Positions 60,086-64,000 of a DNA stretch of 64,000 bases are shown piece by piece; positions within the stretch are counted from its first letter, which is position 1, and each line of letters opens with the position of its first letter. The notes beneath the pieces were generated by a model that saw only the letters and a list, made by a program, of their open reading frames with translations, was not told where the DNA came from and made no database searches. This DNA is from a bacterium. GTDB taxonomy: Bacteria > Bacillota > Clostridia > Lachnospirales > Lachnospiraceae. The DNA is taken from assembly GCA_963657995.1 (NCBI GenBank), contig CAVKOQ010000001.1:471-64470 (forward strand), in the 5' to 3' direction. The translations under genes were made by a program, and so were the position numbers.

Positions 60086-61372
60086 ATGAAGCCTTATAGC
60101 GAGATGACGAAAGAGGAGCTTCTGGAACTTAAGCGTGATCTGAGCGAGCAGTATCGGGAGTTTCAGGGCAAGAATCTGACGCTGGACATGTCACGCGGCA
60201 AACCAAGTGCAGAGCAGCTTGATTTATCGATGGGAATTATGGACGTGCTGAGCAGCGACAGTGACTTAACCTGTGAAGATGGTACAGATTGCCGAAATTA
60301 CGGATGTCTTGACGGTATTAGTGAGGCAAAGGAACTGTTAGCAGATATGATCGAGGTTCCGACTGACAATATCATCATATATGGAAACTCCAGTCTTAAT
60401 GTTATGTACGATACCATCTCACGTGCTATGACTCATGGTATCATGGGAAATACACCATGGTGCAAGCTTGACAAGGTGAAATTCCTGTGCCCTGTACCGG
60501 GATATGACAGACATTTCTCTATTACAGAATATTTTGGCATTGAGATGATAAACATTCCGATGACTTCAGATGGTCCTGATATGGATCTTGTAGAGAAGTA
60601 CGTATCAGAGGATCCGACCATCAAGGGAATCTGGTGTGTTCCGAAATATTCTAACCCGACCGGAACATCTTATTCAGACCAGACAGTGCGTCGTCTTGCA
60701 CGCATGAATCCGGCCGCACAGGATTTCCGTATTTACTGGGACAATGCATATGGTATTCATCATTTATATGATGATGAGCAGGATCATGTATTAGAGATTT
60801 TGGCAGAATGTAAGAAGGCCGGCAATCCGGATATGGTTTACAAATTCTCGTCAACATCCAAGATTACATTTCCAGGTTCAGGTATTGCAGCGATCGCTAC
60901 ATCTCACAACAACCTGGATGATATCAAGAAACAGTTAAAGATTCAGACAATCGGACATGATAAAGTAAATCAGCTTCGCCATGTGAGATTCTTTAAGGAT
61001 ATTCACGGCATGGTAGAGCATATGAGAAAACATGCCAATATTTTACGTCCGAAATTTGAGGCGGTAGAGAATATTCTTGATCGTGAGCTTGGCGGACTTG
61101 AGATCGGAACATGGACAAAGCCTCATGGTGGCTACTTTATTTCCTTTGATTCACTCGAAGGCTGTGCAAAGGAGATTGTTGCAAAATGCAAGAAGGCCGG
61201 TGTCGTGATGACAGGAGCCGGAGCAACTTATCCATATGGTAAGGATCCGCAGGATCGCAATATCCGTATTGCACCTTCATATCCGCCACTTCAGGATCTG
61301 ATTACAGCAACCGAGCTTTTTGCTCTCTGCGTAAAATTGGTAAGTGTTAATAAATTATTAGAAAGTATGTAG
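60086..61372 (+). CDS. PLP-dependent aminotransferase (fold type I; substrate not assignable)
   Basis: 428 aa with SRGKPS, YSNPTG and the PLP-lysine context FSSTSK, typical of class I/II aminotransferases. Confidence 0.75.
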   Translation: MKPYSEMTKEELLELKRDLSEQYREFQGKNLTLDMSRGKPSAEQLDLSMGIMDVLSSDSDLTCEDGTDCRNYGCLDGISEAKELLADMIEVPTDNIIIYGNSSLNVMYDTISRAMTHGIMGNTPWCKLDKVKFLCPVPGYDRHFSITEYFGIEMINIPMTSDGPDMDLVEKYVSEDPTIKGIWCVPKYSNPTGTSYSDQTVRRLARMNPAAQDFRIYWDNAYGIHHLYDDEQDHVLEILAECKKAGNPDMVYKFSSTSKITFPGSGIAAIATSHNNLDDIKKQLKIQTIGHDKVNQLRHVRFFKDIHGMVEHMRKHANILRPKFEAVENILDRELGGLEIGTWTKPHGGYFISFDSLEGCAKEIVAKCKKAGVVMTGAGATYPYGKDPQDRNIRIAPSYPPLQDLITATELFALCVKLVSVNKLLESM

Positions 61373-61427
61373 TTAAACATACATATATACTGCTGGACAC
61401 GAATCCGGCACATTACAGAAAGTACAG

Positions 61428-61474
61428 GAATTGTATGGGTATGTCGGAAAGAACTGCCCATACAATTCTTTTTT
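61428..61474 (+). terminator. intrinsic terminator after the aminotransferase gene
   Basis: Perfect 12-bp stem GAATTGTATGGG / CCCATACAATTC followed by TTTTTT. Confidence 0.8.
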
Positions 61475-61518
61475 AATCTGGTAATGTGTCAAAGCAGATG
61501 ATATTTTGGAGATAATAT

Positions 61519-61938
61519 ATGTTGAAAGAAAAACTAAATATGTTTTTGGGGAAATTTGTAAACAGGGAGACGATAGCGTATCTTATATTTGGTGTGCTGA
61601 CTACGCTGGTGGACTGGATCTCGTATGCAATTTTTCGCCATACAGGTATGAATTACCGTCTTGCGACGATTTGCTGTCAGGCGGCAGCAATATTGTTTGC
61701 ATATGTGACCAATAAGCTCTGGGTGTTTAAAAGCTACAATTTCCATCCCGGATATTTGCTTAAAGAGATGGCTTCATTTTTCTCGTGCCGTATTTTGACA
61801 TCGGTATTTACTTACGTGGCTATGATAGTGATGGTTGACGGAATAGGAATTACACAAGATATGATCTGTAAGGTTGTAGTATCTGCAATTTCACTTGTGC
61901 TTAATTATATATGCAGTAAGTTATTTATATTTAAATAA
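61519..61938 (+). CDS. GtrA family membrane protein
   Basis: 139 aa with four TM helices and an N-terminus (RETIAYLIFGVLTTLVDWISY) typical of GtrA-like proteins. Confidence 0.75.
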   Translation: MLKEKLNMFLGKFVNRETIAYLIFGVLTTLVDWISYAIFRHTGMNYRLATICCQAAAILFAYVTNKLWVFKSYNFHPGYLLKEMASFFSCRILTSVFTYVAMIVMVDGIGITQDMICKVVVSAISLVLNYICSKLFIFK

Positions 61939-61961
61939 ACCGGATTTTGGCTGGAGGAAAA

Positions 61962-64000
61962 ATGAAACAAAAAGAGTGGGATGAAAGTTCGGATAAGCTG
62001 GAAGCTGCACTCAAGGATATTGTGGGTGATGATTATATGAAAATGAATGAATATGAAGATCTGGATTCAGCTGAAGAATGGGATTCTAAAGAAGAGACCA
62101 AAACTATAGAGGAAGTTTCTAAAACAGAAGATAACATGGAAGAATTTTCTAAAGACAACACAGAAACTTGCGTGGAAGATGGTACGGAAAAATTTTTAAA
62201 AGATAGCACAGAAGTTTGTGAAGATGATTGCTGTGAAGATGATTGTATAGAAGAATCAGAATATCATGATGAGGAGAAAATATCTGGAAAAGTCGGTAGA
62301 TTTGCAACGATATTCAGGCCTTCTGATGATCTTCTGGCAGCTTTTTTGCTGCCGGTATTTGTGCTGCTTCTGATTTTTGCGTACAGAGGCATTTTCCCTT
62401 TCGGTGAAGAGAGCTTTCTCAGATCTGATATGTATCACCAATATGCACCATTCTTTTCAGAATTTCGTTATAAACTTCTGAATGGTAAAAGTCTTCTTTA
62501 CAGCTGGGATGTCGGCATGGGTGTGAATTTTTCGGCACTTTATGCATATTATCTGGCGAGTCCGTTCAACTGGCTTCTGCTTTTATGTCCGTCATCCATG
62601 GTCATAGAGTTTATGACATATATGATTGTGCTTAAAAGTGGTCTTTCAGGACTTACGATGGCATGGTATCTGAAAAAACATACAGGTACTAGAAAGTTCG
62701 GTGCGTGCTATTTTGGCGTTTTTTATGCCTTATCAGGCTATATGGCAGCATATAGCTGGAATATCATGTGGCTGGACTGTATCGTGCTGCTGCCGCTCAT
62801 AATGTATGGTCTGGAACGGCTTGTATATGAGAAAAAAGGCATTTTTTACTGCCTTATGCTAGGACTTTCTATCCTGTCAAATTACTACATATCTATTATG
62901 ATATGTATATTTATGGTGATTTATTACATCGCTCTTCTTTTTTTGGAAAAGCGTATAGTATGGAAAGAATGGCTGCACGGACTTTTGCTTTTTGGAGTAT
63001 ATTCACTTCTGGCCGGTGCACTGGCTGCGGCAGTACTTTTGCCTGAAATTGCGGCACTGCAGAGTACTGCATCGGGAGATTTCAATTTTCCGACTACTCT
63101 GGAGATATATTTCCCGATTTTTGACATGATTGCACGTCATATAGGTAATGTAGAGGTCGAAATAGGACTGGAACACTGGCCGAATATCTATTGCGGTGTA
63201 GCAGTATATATTTTTATGACACTTTATTTCTTAAACCGCAAAATACCGATCCGTGAGAAAGTTGTATACGGAGTATTGCTGATATTTTTCTATGCTAGTT
63301 TTTCCTTCAACATACTTAATTTCGTCTGGCATGGATTCCACTATCCGAACAGTCTGCCGTGTCGTCAGTCATTTATATACATCGCTCTGGTGCTTACGAT
63401 GTGCTACAGGGCATATATGTATCTGGATGAGATACCGAAACTTAGGTTTGCCACTGTAACTCTTGCTTCAATAGTATATATAATTATTGCTGAGAAATTG
63501 GTGGCTTTTGATTCTTTTAATACAGGAATCTGCTATGTGGCAATTCTTTTCCTGCTTCTTTATCTGGGAGTGTTTTATTTTTATAAAAATAAGGAGCACT
63601 ATACATTTACAGCTGCATTTTTGGCAATAGCACTTGTGAGTGTGGAAGCACTTATAAATATGGCTGCAACGAGCGTTCCTACAACTAGCAGAACTGATTA
63701 TATGGAGTATGACAAAGATACGAAGGCCGTGACAGAACCGCTGAAGACAACGGAGTTTTTTAGAATCGATCGAACCAATGCAAGGTCAAAAAATGATGGT
63801 GCGTGGTTTCATTTTCCGTCTGTGTCACTGTTCTCATCAGTGGCCAATGCAGATGTTACTGATTTCTTCAAGAAGATAGGATGCGAGGGTTCGACCAATG
63901 CATACAGTATAGTCGGAAGTACACCACTTATTGACTCACTGTTTTCTGTAAAATACGCACTTTATAACGGAAAACAGGATAATCCGAGATTGTCACTCTA
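61962..64000 (+). CDS. YfhO-family polytopic membrane protein (putative glycosyltransferase), 3'-truncated by the window edge, with an acidic Cys-containing N-terminal extension
   Basis: I translated this frame by hand. It is open from the ATG at 61962 (GGAGG 5 nt upstream) to base 64000 with no stop, so it is missing from the ORF track. It has many TM segments after about residue 110 and lies immediately after a GtrA gene. Confidence 0.65.
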   Translation, partial: MKQKEWDESSDKLEAALKDIVGDDYMKMNEYEDLDSAEEWDSKEETKTIEEVSKTEDNMEEFSKDNTETCVEDGTEKFLKDSTEVCEDDCCEDDCIEESEYHDEEKISGKVGRFATIFRPSDDLLAAFLLPVFVLLLIFAYRGIFPFGEESFLRSDMYHQYAPFFSEFRYKLLNGKSLLYSWDVGMGVNFSALYAYYLASPFNWLLLLCPSSMVIEFMTYMIVLKSGLSGLTMAWYLKKHTGTRKFGACYFGVFYALSGYMAAYSWNIMWLDCIVLLPLIMYGLERLVYEKKGIFYCLMLGLSILSNYYISIMICIFMVIYYIALLFLEKRIVWKEWLHGLLLFGVYSLLAGALAAAVLLPEIAALQSTASGDFNFPTTLEIYFPIFDMIARHIGNVEVEIGLEHWPNIYCGVAVYIFMTLYFLNRKIPIREKVVYGVLLIFFYASFSFNILNFVWHGFHYPNSLPCRQSFIYIALVLTMCYRAYMYLDEIPKLRFATVTLASIVYIIIAEKLVAFDSFNTGICYVAILFLLLYLGVFYFYKNKEHYTFTAAFLAIALVSVEALINMAATSVPTTSRTDYMEYDKDTKAVTEPLKTTEFFRIDRTNARSKNDGAWFHFPSVSLFSSVANADVTDFFKKIGCEGSTNAYSIVGSTPLIDSLFSVKYALYNGKQDNPRLSL

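Overview
This is a 64 kb stretch of core chromosome from a Firmicutes/Clostridia-type genome. The lineage call is an inference from gene content, the SCIFF cassette and AGGAGG-type ribosome-binding sites. All but three CDSs lie on the + strand. In order, the window holds the following. (1) tsaE-tsaB-rimI-(ACT-domain protein, rnz)-tsaD-ispD. (2) An L10 leader with rplJ-rplL. (3) ung, uppP, rarA, and rho with a repeat-bearing N-terminal insertion. (4) A SCIFF peptide plus radical-SAM/SPASM maturase cassette, followed by secDF-tgt-yajC. (5) leuB-ilvD-ilvB-serC-serA, then fbp (class 3), a DUF1700 membrane protein and tRNA-Gln (-). (6) An acyl-ACP thioesterase, cvfB-like gene and ridA. (7) A PucR-type regulator with ftsE-ftsX, a coiled-coil M23 peptidase and an S41 protease. 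(8) pth-mfd-tyrS, then pstSCAB-phoU. (9) An MBL hydrolase (-), tRNA-Arg (-) and a ThrH-like HAD phosphatase (-). (10) A SulP transporter with a lipoprotein, an EamA transporter, a Crp/Fnr regulator and a LysR regulator (-). (11) An F-type ATP synthase operon, atpB-E-F-(H/A fusion)-G-D-C. (12) A second LysR regulator, an aminotransferase, gtrA and a partial yfhO-family gene. I found no mobile elements, CRISPR arrays, rRNA genes or recognisable defence or toxin systems. The most unusual observations are three. First, there is no free-standing atpH; a delta C-terminal-domain-like segment is read in frame into atpA. Second, the SCIFF RiPP cassette, whose family has a defined chemistry but no known function, sits among core transcription and secretion genes. 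Third, rho carries seven to eight 15-bp tandem repeats and an N/Q-rich tract in its insertion domain. All family assignments rest on motifs read by eye from the translations; no database search was run.
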